A DNA stretch of 64,000 bases from Octopus sinensis. Taxonomy: Eukaryota. The notes beneath the pieces were generated by a model. That model was not told the DNA's origin and searched no databases. It saw nothing but the letters and a program-made list of their open reading frames with translations. Each line of letters begins with the position of its first letter. Within the stretch, counting starts at the first letter, position 1. The stretch lies in NCBI RefSeq assembly GCF_006345805.1, contig NW_021832412.1, positions 6,711 to 70,710 on the forward strand, given 5' to 3'. Positions 27,551 through 40,158 of the stretch are shown piece after piece. Both the position numbers and the translations under genes were made by a program.

Positions 27551-27691
27551 TGAAATTGTTTTTGTTGTTTACATTCGAACGATGGAGCTTTATATCTTTG
27601 TTGAAAACCAGTTCCTTCTTCAGAGGAAGAATTTAAATGATTAAGAACAGAAGCGAGCATACATCTATCCATACATACATACATACATACA

Positions 27692-27725
<34 letters not shown>

Positions 27726-27997
27726 CATACTTACATACATACATGCACGTATACAGGCATACATACACGCATGCGTACTTACAGACATATATACATGCAC
27801 GCATACATACATACATAATACATACATACATACATACATACATACATACATGAATACGTACATACATACATACATATTACCAATAACGACTCGTAAACAC
27901 ACATATATACCTACGAACATTAATGTGGGTATACGTGCCACATATGCACACATGGCGGCACCATACACCCAATGTATACATATATATATATATATCC

Positions 27998-28054
<57 letters not shown>

Positions 28055-28558
28055 TTTATAAATACATACATATATATATAGTCTCATTCATACACACACA
28101 AACATATACGAGTACATAAATAATGCTTTTGGAAATTATTAATTACAACATTAAAAGTCTAGTAGAATGCGAATGTATACAGGCAATTATTCTCTCGTTT
28201 ACGACACCAACTTCCAGAGAAGAGTTTTGCATTCAATTCTTTGACAAACTGCATTATATTCACTGAACTTCGCCATTTCATTCCAATCTGGTAAAATTCT
28301 AAAGACACAAACACTGGCTCACGCACACACATACACATACACACACACACATATATATGTATGGGAATCGCTCTGACCCCATCAGAGATAGGAGATTTCT
28401 CAATTTCAAAAGTCTTTTATTATTGCGTGAATTCGAACAATGGATGTTTTGTAGCAAATGGACACTGATACGTATTTTCATTATTGGAGAATATATATCG
28501 CCATAAATAATCATTATGATATATTAAAACACTACTACTACTGCTACTACTACTACCT

Positions 28559-28598
<40 letters not shown>

Positions 28599-29108
28599 AA
28601 CTATTACTACAACTACCACTACCACTACTACTACTACTACCACTACCACTACTACTACTACTCAAATGATTAGACAGTATCGCAATTATACATACATGCA
28701 TAGAAGTATGCATATACATAGACAAACGCATATATATTTAAAATATTAGACATACCACATATGCACACGTATGTATTATCACACGTATACAAACACATAC
28801 ACACACGCGCGCGCATACGCGATATTCGGGTGCGGAGATGGAGGTTCATTCACAGCATTACATTGCGTACATATATTTGGATTTACGCACGCATGCAAAA
28901 TATATAGGAATACCTATAAGGAGTTATGCATTTCCATACGCAGGTCCCTACACGTACAAATGCATAGGCAACAACATCACCCCTACATATATTTTTACTT
29001 TGATTTTTATTCTCTTATTTCCTTTTATACTTCCTATATCCATCATTTTCCAAAATAACTCCTTATATTGAACTCTACTATTTGCCTCTAGTTAACTCTC
29101 TCATACCT

Positions 29109-29340
29109 ACATCTTTACTACCCACAAGGGGCTAAACACAGAGAGGACAAACAAGAACAGACAAACGGATTAAGTCGATTATATCGACCCCCAGTGCGTA
29201 ACTGGTACTTATTTAATCGACCCCGAAAGGATGAAAGGCAAAGTCGACCTCGGCGGAATTTGAACTCAGAACGTAACGGCAGACGAAATACTGCAAAGCA
29301 TCTCGCCCGGCGTGCTAACGATTCTGCCAGCTCGCCGCCC
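29109..29340 (-). mobile_element. SINE family A, full length
   Basis: Imperfect TSD taactctctcatac / taactctctctcatat. Confidence 0.88.
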
Positions 29341-29502
29341 TATAACTCTCTCTCATATCGTCTCTGATGAAGGGTTATCCCTAATATCCCAGAAACAGCT
29401 GGAAGACTACCTTTCTCTTTATAGATGTTCTATAAATTCCACACAGACTTGGCTTTGTCGTCTCATTTTATTTAACACACACACACACATATAGTAGTAG
29501 GA

Positions 29503-29750
29503 GCACTCCGTCGGTTACGACGATGAGGGTCCCAGCTGATACGATCAACGGAACAGCTTGCTCGTGGAATTAACATGCAAGTGGCTGAGCACTCCACAGA
29601 CACGTGTACCCTTAACGTAGTTCTCGAGGAGATTCAGCGCGACACAGAGTGTGACAAGGCTGGCCCTTTGAAATACAGGTACAACAGAAACAGGAAGAAA
29701 GAGTGAGAGAAAGTTGTGGTGAAAGAGTACAGCAGGGTTCACCACCACCC
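29503..29750 (-). mobile_element. SINE family C, 3' half
   Basis: Reverse complement of 25880-26128. Confidence 0.8.
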
Positions 29751-29966
29751 GCATTAAAGGGCACTACTTCCATATATGGAAGAAGCTATACCAGTTTCAT
29801 ACAGAGAGTATTTCACGGTTGGTTGGGGCGTGGTTTCTTATCGGATAGCATATTCGAGAAATGTTTTCTAACCATTCATGCAGGAGAAACAATGTATTAG
29901 CAGTTGCATTTCCTCGATAGAAACCACGTAGAAGTAAACTTATTATTATTATTACTAGTAGTAGTA

Positions 29967-30010
<44 letters not shown>

Positions 30011-30458
30011 TAGTAGTAGTAGTATATCTAGAAGAAGCAACTTTGTAACTCAAGGTTCAAGAGTTTCGTGCGTTAGCACTTTTGCAACACAATACCTGGA
30101 CATATATATATATATATATATATATACAAGAGAGACATAACTGTATATGTGTGTGTGTATGTATAAATATGTATGTATGTATACAAGAGTAACGTAGTTT
30201 GCATGAAGCATTGTCTGATATATAAATGCTGTTTAACTTGCATTGGTTTTGGTTAAAAAAATTAAAAACCTTTATGTGTATGCGTGTGTAGGTTCGTATG
30301 TACTGGCGTTTAACCGTTTACGAGTTATTGAACTGTAACCGACCAAATATACGTGTGTGTGTGTGCGTAGACACATATCGATTATAGGTGAATGTTGTAA
30401 ACGTGTCTACTTTAAAACAAGATCCAACAAATATGAAGTTGTCTAATTTAAAGTTCGT

Positions 30459-30515
<57 letters not shown>

Positions 30516-30516
30516 G

Positions 30517-30549
<33 letters not shown>

Positions 30550-30562
30550 ATGTATATATATA

Positions 30563-30601
<39 letters not shown>

Positions 30602-31894
30602 TATATATCTCTATATATATATACACATATATATATACATATATATAAACATATAGATATGTATATATATATATATATTATATATATATATATCATATAT
30701 GTATATTTATATACGTGTATCTGCACCTTGTGTCGGCTGTCAGAGCATCAGGATGCAATTATTTCTGCAAGTGGACTGCAAGAATCACTTTTCAGGTTTT
30801 AACTCGGTTGATCTTTCTACTTTGAGAAACTGCTAGACGGCCATTGCAATATTTGACTCTCGTGACATTCAGCCAGTGTGCAGACGATCTCTCCAGACGT
30901 AACTGATGCAGAATAAGTTAGCAGATGATATATCCAGACGTAACTGATGCAGAATAAGTGGTCCGTTTTTGTCTGTGAGATTCGGTCAGTTCGTTAAGAA
31001 ACAAAAGCTCTTAGCAAAAGTGACAGGGGTGAAATAACTAGTACGACTGTGTGAAATAATGGCGAAACTATGTAGGTAGAGAAACGGTGGCGGTTTTATG
31101 GAGGGCTAGTGGTGGTTTTAGTGATGGCGGCGGCGCGGTGGTGGTGATGGTGGTGGTAGTGGTTGTTGTTTTTGTTGTTGGTGGTGGTGATGGTGGTGGT
31201 GGCTGTGATGGTAACGGTGGCGGCATGATATTGCGATGCTAATGGTGAGTAGGTTGTCGCGTAAACAGCGGTGTGTGGTTGAAGTCAATGGTCTCAGTGG
31301 TAGTGGTGGTGGTGGTGGTGGTGGCGGCGGTGGTGGTGGTGGTGGCGGCGGTGGTGGTGGTGTTGGAGGTCATGGTAATGGTGGTGGGGAACAAAGCGAA
31401 CTTCCTGAAGTTTGCTTCTCCAATGGTATTGATGGTGGCGATTGTTGGTAGAAGCAGAGTTGATATTTGCAGTGGCAAAAATCTGCAACAGACGTGAGGG
31501 AGAGAATGCTTTTGGAGTTCGATGTGACGGAACTGATGCAAGCGTTGGATGTATGGTTAAGATGTCTGTTTCACAACCAGGCGGTTCCAGGTTCGATCCC
31601 ATTGTGCAGCTGTTTGGGAAAAAGGTTTCTACCGTAGAGTCGATTTTTATCAATGTCTTGCGAATGGAAATTTGCGAGACGGAAGCCTTTATATGGATGG
31701 ACATACAGACAGACACACATTGACATGTGTTAGCGTTGTTCGGCGGCGGGAGGACAGTAATGCTGTTTGTGGTTGATCATGTTTTCTCCTTTTACGCCAA
31801 TATCCCTTTTATAATACAGGAGCAAATGAAAGTGGGGCCCCTACATAGGGCTATGTAGCCCTTACGGTGTAATAAACGAAACTAGTAAAATGAT

Positions 31895-31977
<83 letters not shown>

Positions 31978-31999
31978 TATATATATATATATATATATA

Positions 32000-32131
32000 T
32001 GGCGTGGCTGTGTGGTAAGAAGCTTCCAAGTACATGGTTCCGGGTCAGTCCCACTGCGTGACACCATGGGCAAGTGTCTTCTACTTATAACCCTGGTCTG
32101 ACGAAAGCCTTGTGAGTGGTTTTGGTAGACG
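32000..32131 (+). mobile_element. SINE family B, 5' part
   Basis: Head and ccatgggcaagtgtcttctac segment; truncated. Confidence 0.7.
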
Positions 32132-32143
32132 CTCGCCATATAA

Positions 32144-32328
32144 CAGAAGAAGTGAGAGAAAGTTTTGGTGAAATAGTACAGCAGGTTCACCACCATCCCC
32201 TGCTGGAGTCTCGTAGAGCTTTAGGTGTTTTCGCTCAACGAACACTCACAACGCCCAGTCTGTGAATCGAAACCGCGATCCTATGACCGCGAGTCTGCTG
32301 CCCTAACCACTGGGCCATTGCGCCTCCA
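32144..32328 (-). mobile_element. SINE family C, 5' half
   Basis: Reverse complement of C head and body. Confidence 0.78.
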
Positions 32329-32728
32329 TAAGATAATATAGTCGTGATGTAGTCACTGTTTGATCAAAATATGGGATAGTCACGAGAATGTTAGCGTTTG
32401 CTAAATTATTAATTAATCTAGCAAAACCAAATAAAATTTCAAAAAAATATTTCGTGGTACTTGGGAATACGTTTGTATAATTTATTTCGGCCTGACATTG
32501 CCAATTCTATTTTTTCGCCCATTAATCATTAATTCTATATAAACACTATTGTGAGATTATTGGCGAGATTATTATGTTTTTATTCGACGAAGAGCGTCTT
32601 GTGTTATTGAAATGTGTAAAGAACAAATGGCGTCACGAGGCTAATCTTGTTAAAACGAGAACTGAAACATCTATTCCTGTAGTCTGATGATAATAAAATA
32701 TAGGATTTAGATAGATGCGATTTCCGTA

Positions 32729-33184
32729 TGCGTGGCTGCGTGGTAAGTAGCTTGCTTGCCGACCACACGGTTCTAGGCTCAGTCTTACAGCGTGGCATCT
32801 TGGACAAATGTCTTCTACTATATATTTCTTTACTACCCACAAGGGGCTAAACATAGAGGGGACAAACAAGGACAGACAAAGGGATTAAGTCGATTACATC
32901 GACCCAGTGCGAAACTGGTACTTTATTTATCGACCCCGAGAGGATGAAAGGCAAAGTCGACCTCGGCGGAATTTGAACTCAGAACGTAACGACAGACGAA
33001 ATACCGCTAAGCATTTCGTCCGGCGCACTAACGTTTCTGCCAGCTCGCCGCCTTTGTCTTCTACTGTAGCCTCGGGCCCTCCAAAGCCTTTTGAGTGGAT
33101 TTGGTAGACTGAAAGAAGCCCGTTGTGTATATGTGTGTGTGCGTGCGTGCGTGTGTGTGTGTGTGTGTATGTGTGTGTGTGTGT

Positions 33185-33235
<51 letters not shown>

Positions 33236-33367
33236 CCACCTCTGCTCGACAACCGGTGTTAGTTCCTTTGCTTACGCCTCCTTAATCTAGCAATTCAGCA
33301 AAAAGTAACCGATAGAATAAGTACCAGGCTTAGAAACGTGAGTGCTGGGGCCAATTGGTTCGACTCA

Positions 33368-33368
<1 letters not shown>
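32729..33368 (+). mobile_element. SINE family B interrupted by SINE A
   Basis: B head 32729-32822, resumes at 33055 with internal (TG)n. Confidence 0.75.
32823..33054 (-). mobile_element. SINE family A nested in a family B SINE
   Basis: TSD tgtcttctactata / tgtcttctactgta at 32809-32822 and 33055-33068; B sequence resumes on both sides. Confidence 0.9.
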
Positions 33369-33416
<48 letters not shown>

Positions 33417-33481
33417 TATATATTGAAATACAAAATAAAAACACAAACCATCCACTGGTATTATTCCATCTGAGGCTGCAA

Positions 33482-33686
33482 AGTGACAGAATTGTTACTG
33501 CACCGGATAAAATGCTTAGCGGCATTTCTTCCGGTTTTCCGTTCTGAGATATTGCTGCTGAGTTTGACTTTGCCTTTCGCCCTTTCAGGATCGTTGAAGT
33601 AAGTACCAGTCCAATACTGGAGTCGATGTAAGCGACTAACCCCCAACCCCAAAATTTCGATCTTTGCACCTACAATAGAAAGGGAC
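33482..33686 (+). mobile_element. Diverged SINE family A
   Basis: Degenerate head, tttgactttgcctttc..aagtaccag..gagtcgatgtaagcgact body. Confidence 0.6.
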
Positions 33687-33762
33687 AATTTCTTCTAACT
33701 TCATTATTTTTAGCTTTAAAAATTTTATATATATACATATATATACATATACATATATAATA

Positions 33763-33792
<30 letters not shown>

Positions 33793-33798
<6 letters not shown>

Positions 33799-34483
33799 TT
33801 ATCGCCATACTAATATGGCATTCTTATAAAAATAAGAATAAAGCTGACCGCTATTAGCTCCATGAGGCCATCGCCTTAAGTTAGCTATTTGATACACAAA
33901 CTGTATCCATATAACCTTTGAACAAGGGAGGTCAGTCGCTCCACACTACTTGGCCGGCAGCTACAGACGCGTTTCGGGGTATTGCCCCTTTTCAATGCAG
34001 CGTAGCCAGACCTGTAGGTGTCGCTTCTGACAATCTCTGTTCAAAGGTTTTATTTACCTAGCTTCGGTGGAATACATCCACTTGTTTTCAATAATAGAAA
34101 TATTAAAATTACTAAGTCTCTCTAAAAGAGAACAACGGCCGCGTTCCCGAAAATATTAGTTATCGCCATACTAATATGGCATTCTTATAAAAATAAGAAT
34201 AAAGCTGACCGCTTATTAGCTCCATGAGGCCATCGCCTTAAGTTAGCTATTTGATACACAAACTGTATCCATATAACCTTTGAACAAGGGAGGTCAGTCG
34301 CTCCACCCAGTTTGTGTATCAAATAGCTAACTTAAGGCGATGGCCTCATGGAGCTAATAAGCGGTCAGCTTTATTCTTATTTTTATAAGAATGCCATATT
34401 AGTATGGCGATAACTAATATTTTCCGGGAACGCTGCCGTTGTTCTCTTTTAGAGAGACTTAGTAATTTTAATATTTCTATTAT
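33793..34483. mobile_element. Penelope-like element LTR remnant (partial tandem plus inverted repeat)
   Basis: Direct repeat 33793-33944 / 34154-34306, inverted arms 34091-34265 / 34308-34483, internal hammerhead motif; no RT or GIY-YIG ORF seen. Confidence 0.6.
33960..34001 (-). ncRNA. Minimal type I hammerhead ribozyme motif, U3-A8 core variant
   Basis: Minus strand gctgca-TTGAAAA-GGGG(caata)CCCC-GAAA-CGCG-TC-tgtagc: 6-bp helix I, 4-bp helix II, palindromic ACGCGU helix III. Confidence 0.7.
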
Positions 34484-34588
34484 ATATATATATATATATA
34501 TATATCAGAAAATGATTTATGCAGACTTTACTTCTCTATTTTTGCATGTGTTTTTCATATTTATTACATATTTTCTTATATTTTTCAG

Positions 34589-34687
34589 AACGACCGTACA
34601 TCTCTTCATTTAGCAGCCGACAATGGTTGTATAGAAGCTGTTCTCAAATTAATTGCCATGAAATGTGATATCCATATGAAAGACAAG
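34589..34687 (+). CDS. ANKDD1A: ANKDD1-like exon, one ankyrin repeat (NDRTSLHLAADNGCIEAVLKLIAMKCDIHMKDK)
   Basis: tttttcag acceptor, 99-bp open phase-0 exon, GTGAGT donor; TxLHxAA..G ankyrin motif. Confidence 0.9.
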
Positions 34688-35096
34688 GTGAGTCGATGTC
34701 ATAAGTGACCTTCCTTCATGTAATCATTTTGATCGTCTGCCATAGTCATTCCCATTTTAATGGAACTAGCGATGGCTCTCAATATGGCTACATTTAGTTT
34801 ATGGTCAATAGTACGTCAGTTTTATGTGGCACATCTACTTTATAGTCAATACAGCCTTTTGTAACAGTTCTACTGGGCAATCTGTTCCGATTTCCTTTAT
34901 ATTCCACTTGATGCCTTCTGATACTGTTCCCAAGGACCCAGCAATAATTGTCACTATCTTCATCTCCTTCATTTTTCGTAGCCGGGCTATTTTGTACTTA
35001 ACGGGGTTGTATTTATCTATTTTTGGTCTTCGTTCTTGGCTATTCGTGAGTTAATGCGACATGCAACATCAACTATATAGCACATGTGGTACGTCT

Positions 35097-35496
35097 TATT
35101 TCTTTATTGCCCACAAGGGGCTAAACATAGAGAGGACAAACAAGGACAGACAAAGGGATCGACTCAATTACATCGACCCCAGCGCGTAACTGGTACTTAA
35201 TTTATCGACCCCGAAAGGATGAAAGGCAAAGTCGAACTCGGCGGAATTTGAACTCAGAACGTAACGGCAGACGAAATACGGCTACGCATTTCGCCCGGCG
35301 TGCTAACGTTTCTGCCAGTTCGCCGCTTTCTTCTGCCAGTTCGCCGCCTTCTTCTGCCACTTCGCCGCCTTCTTCTGCCAGTTCGCCGCCTTCTTCTGCC
35401 ACTTCGCCGCCTTCTTCTGCCAGTTCGCCGCCTTCTTCTGCCAGTTCGCCGCCTTTTTTCTGCCAGTTCGCCGCCGTTTTCTGCCAGTTTGCCTCC
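35097..35496 (-). mobile_element. SINE family A with tandemly amplified 5' head
   Basis: Normal body 35097-35326, followed by ~8 extra 21-bp head repeats. Confidence 0.85.
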
Positions 35497-35520
35497 ACTA
35501 CGTCCGGTTTCTTGTACTCT

Positions 35521-36130
35521 AGCACCTGATCTCTTTGGATTGAGTAATCCCAAAGGATTTTACAAGTCTCTAACTGCTCGACTCTTTGCGATTTGTGCTC
35601 ATATCACGTCTTGCCTCTCTTTAGCCCCACTTTTCGCACAGTTTCCAATGTAGCAGTTTCGCTACCTGATCGCGTCGCTACAACTTGTAATGGTTTGGGG
35701 ACAAGTCTAGGGCGTTCGTTCGTAACTTGGGAAATGGTTTCTTCTACTCTATTACAGATGCGGCACAGCGACGAAGACACTTGCTCATCCCTAAAGTTAA
35801 CCCTCCAATTCGTGGCCAAAGCTTGGTCTTGCGCTGCTAGTATAGTGCTCTCAGTTTCATTTTTTCAGTGTTCCATTCTTCAGCCAATCTCACCTGTGTT
35901 TTCCAGCAGCTTCTGTTCTGGCTACATGGAATTGTTTGTATTGTCCCTTCTTGCGTAATGCTTCTTCAAGTCCTTTTCGTACTCTTTCCTTCATTTTTCC
36001 TTTCCTCTCTGCTCTCAATACTCCCTCGTTCCCTAACTATCATTAGCAAGGTTTCCTTACTTCAGGCTTAGTATCTCATTAAGCTCTCGTGGTCGATACG
36101 CACGCAGTCTTCCACACAGCCCCCTTCCTT
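35521..36130 (-). mobile_element. Decayed R4/Dong-like LINE fragment
   Basis: Minus-strand GCVEDCVRI, ETESTILAAQDQALATN, LCRICNRVEETISQV, RDQVAKLLHWKLCEKWG motifs with frameshifts. Confidence 0.75.
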
Positions 36131-36162
36131 CATTTGTTCACTTCATATATAGGTGATCATAC

Positions 36163-36252
<90 letters not shown>

Positions 36253-36458
36253 TCTTCTTCTTCTCTTCTTCTTCTTCTTCTCTTATTATTATTATTATTA
36301 TTATTATTATCATTATTATTATTGCTGTTTTTTGTTATTATTATTATTATTGTTATAATTATTGTTATTATTATTATATTTAACATCATCATTATCATCA
36401 TCATCATTTGTGAACTATATACAAGAACATTAGTTTGTTATTTTCAATGTGTGTGTGT

Positions 36459-36489
<31 letters not shown>

Positions 36490-36493
36490 GTGT

Positions 36494-36526
<33 letters not shown>

Positions 36527-37044
36527 CTCTATTCAGTGTAACACAATGGAAAGGAATTGCAATTATGAACACCTCAACACCAAAACACATTAACAATCAT
36601 TGACAACAACAACAACAAGAACAGTAACAATGATGTCGACGATGACGATGACGACGACGACAACGACGACGTTGACAACGAAGACAACAGAAGCAAATAT
36701 ATCGAAAACAAAGAGAAAATAACAGTAACAACAACAACTATAACAACAACAACATCACCATCAATAATTATATTTAAGAAGAAAGTTTTAGGGTTGTTGC
36801 TTTCCTTCATATTTACACACACACGCACACACACGCACACATAAGAAGGTGCTCACGCATGCGTGCTTACATGTGTGTGTAGATACATGTGTGCTTCTCA
36901 ATGCACGTCTCTATGCGTAAGCGTCGATTTTGTCTGTATGTATGTATATGTATGCATATGTATATATGTTTGAGTGTGTGTGTATGTGAATGTGTATACG
37001 TATATATGTATACATATGTGTGTAACTGAATGGATGTATACAAG

Positions 37045-37076
<32 letters not shown>

Positions 37077-37105
37077 ATATACACATATATGTATATGTAT
37101 GTACG

Positions 37106-37150
<45 letters not shown>

Positions 37151-37294
37151 CAAAGAATATATGCATACACCCATAAAACCATATACTATATATATATATG
37201 TATGCATATATACACATGTATGTATATATGTACATGGGTATATATATGTATATATATGTATATATATAATGTGTAAATATATATATATATATTG

Positions 37295-37346
<52 letters not shown>

Positions 37347-37404
37347 TATACATATATATATATATATATGTATATATCTATATATATATGTATATGTATA
37401 TATC

Positions 37405-37461
<57 letters not shown>

Positions 37462-37540
37462 TGTGTGTATGTATATAACATATATATATATATAATATAT
37501 ATATATATAATATATATATCTTTCCCTCTTTAATCCACAG

Positions 37541-37639
37541 GATGGTGCTACAGCTTTACATCTGGCAGCCAAAAAAGGCAATATTGACATTTTGAAAGCC
37601 TTACTCGCTTCCGGAAGTATTTCCGATGATCGTGACGTC
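37541..37639 (+). CDS. ANKDD1A: ANKDD1-like exon, one ankyrin repeat ([33 protein letters not shown])
   Basis: ccacag acceptor, 99 bp, GTAAGT donor; GxTALHLAA motif. Confidence 0.92.
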
Positions 37640-37849
37640 GTAAGTAGCCGCCATTTTGCTTTCTTTATTTATCCTTTTCTTTGTTTTGTCTGCTTTCTTT
37701 TGTTTTAATTTATGTTTGTTTTCATGTAGTGTGGGGTTTTTTTGTTTTTTTGCTTATCTTAACTTTGCTTTTGTGTTTTTCCTTAGTTTTCCTAGTTTTA
37801 CCGTTTGTCCTATTTTGTCTTCTGTTGCATGTGTGTGTTTGCATATTTA

Positions 37850-37893
<44 letters not shown>

Positions 37894-37959
37894 GTGAATA
37901 CGTGTGTGTGTGTTTAAGTTTGTGGATAGAAACGTTAGTGCGTGTTTTATATGTGTTTT

Positions 37960-37995
<36 letters not shown>

Positions 37996-39094
37996 CTGCA
38001 TGTTTGTACACGTGTTTGTGTTTGCGTATGTGTTTGTGTGGTTGTTTGTGTGTGTATTTTCCTGAGTAAAGTTTTATAGGGTGTTATTTCTTTGTTTCAG
38101 CACACGCACACACACGCTCTCTCTCACACACACACACTCACACATATATGTATACACACACACATATATATGTATATACACACACACACACACATATATA
38201 TATGTGTGTGTGTGTGTATACATACACACACATATACACACACACACACACATATATATATGTGTGTGTGTGTGTGTATACATACACACACATATACACA
38301 CACACCACACACACACATATATATATATACACGTGCATACACAAATATATACTTATATATACACACATACGTGCACATATATATATATATGCAAATAAGT
38401 ATGTGCGTGAATGTGTATGCGTATGTTGGTAGATAGATGTGTGCTTGTATACATAGGTGTATACGTACCTGCATGCATCCATACAGACCTGTCATTGCGT
38501 GTGTGTATGTGTGTGTATGTGTACGTATGTGTGCATGTATGTGTGTGTGTACGTGTGTGTGTGTGCATGTAAGTGTGTGTGTGTGTATACGTGTGTATGT
38601 ATGTGTGTGTCTGTGTACGTGTGTGTGTATATGCAATAAGTACGTAGATGAATACTGTTTTACGTTTAATATCGGCTTCCATAGTATTTCAAACACTGCC
38701 GACTGCCATGTTTTTTTGTTTTTGGCTTCCATAAATATCTCTGTAAACTTTTGTTGCTACTAAAATTTTAAAAATAAAATAATAAAAAACAACCCTTCGT
38801 AATTCTGATAGAGAGACCAAAAAAAAAAATGAAGATAAAAATGGTTCATTTGTTTATATTCTTCCCGTTGCCGGCTGTCTTTTCAACCTTACGTGCTTCA
38901 ACAATCAAATAAGATTTGGAAAAGAATTCATTGAATCAGAGTTTATTTGTCGTTAGAATGGAAATGCAAGTAAATCTAAAAACACAATATTCGGTGACGT
39001 GACAATATTAATAAAGAATTTCATATTATTTGCTTAATATATTGCAAGTAATTATTATTATTATTATTATAATTATTATTATTATTATTATTTA

Positions 39095-39135
<41 letters not shown>

Positions 39136-39250
39136 TATTATTATTATCATCATTATTGTTTTTATTATTATTATTATCATTATTATTATTATTATTATCA
39201 TTATTATTATTATTATTATTATTATCATTATTATTATTATTATTATTATT

Positions 39251-39779
39251 GAGTGAGAGAGCAGAGCATGCCATCAAAGTGACACTGGGGTAAAATATAC
39301 GAAGCCCAATATACCCATCATGACTACCCGTCTGATAAGGGTACACCAGGCACATGCATCACAACCATATGTGCGCGACATGGTGATCTCATATCAAGAT
39401 AAACAGCACATGACCTTGCAGGTGGGGCCAGTTAGAATTTTCTTCAGGTTGAGTAGCCCATCCTGGCTCAAAAGGTCCCTGAATAAGGGTTGTTTAAGGA
39501 TGTTGAAAGAACCACCCATGTTTCCAGAGGTGAATTATTCAAACCCCAAAGAACCCCTCTCAACACATGGCTATGATGCTCCCCCACTACTTCTGCTCGT
39601 GATCAGAGATGCACATATCGTCAGCCACTAAGGGACATGCTCAACTGGTTACGGTCAAACAACTGACAAGCAAATCTGTGGTATTGAGCAGAATATTTGC
39701 TGTAGCCCATCTTTTATACCAAGACAAATCAATGTACATGATAACACTTCCAATCAGTTAAGATCAGAAGCCATCAGGG

Positions 39780-39780
<1 letters not shown>
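39251..39780 (-). mobile_element. Family D ~530-bp interspersed element embedded in (TAA)n, no tRNA head
   Basis: Partial copies at 40159-40362 (-) and 46412-46640 (+); all abut (AAT/ATT)n. Confidence 0.7.
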
Positions 39781-39812
<32 letters not shown>

Positions 39813-39844
39813 AAACAGAAGCGAAAAAAGAAGAGTGCCATTGT

Positions 39845-40138
39845 TATCAAGAGAACGATATTTCGGCATGTAGTGTGCCTTCCACAGGTTCAAAACATGT
39901 CAATCTACGTCATTTCTGCTAATATTTTATAGGATTGAGGTAACACTTCCAGAAGGTATACAGAAGCAAACAATGGTACTCATCTTTTTCTTTTTTTCTT
40001 TTTTCTTTTACTTCTGTATACCTTCTGGAAGAGTTACTTCAATCCTATTAAATATTACCAGAAATGAAGTGGACTGACATGTTTATTTTTTTAACCTGTG
40101 GAAGGCACACTACATGCCGAAATATCGTTCACTTGATA
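39845..40138. mobile_element. Foldback MITE (TA-flanked, Tc1/mariner-like)
   Basis: ~125-bp imperfect inverted arms tatcaag...cttgata with a short T-rich spacer. Confidence 0.7.
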
Positions 40139-40158
40139 TTATTATTATTATTATTATT

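Noticed and set aside
28834-28930. TALHC ankyrin-like words (DGGSFTALHCVHIFG)
   Set aside because: No acceptor in the right phase, and the rest does not fit the ankyrin consensus.
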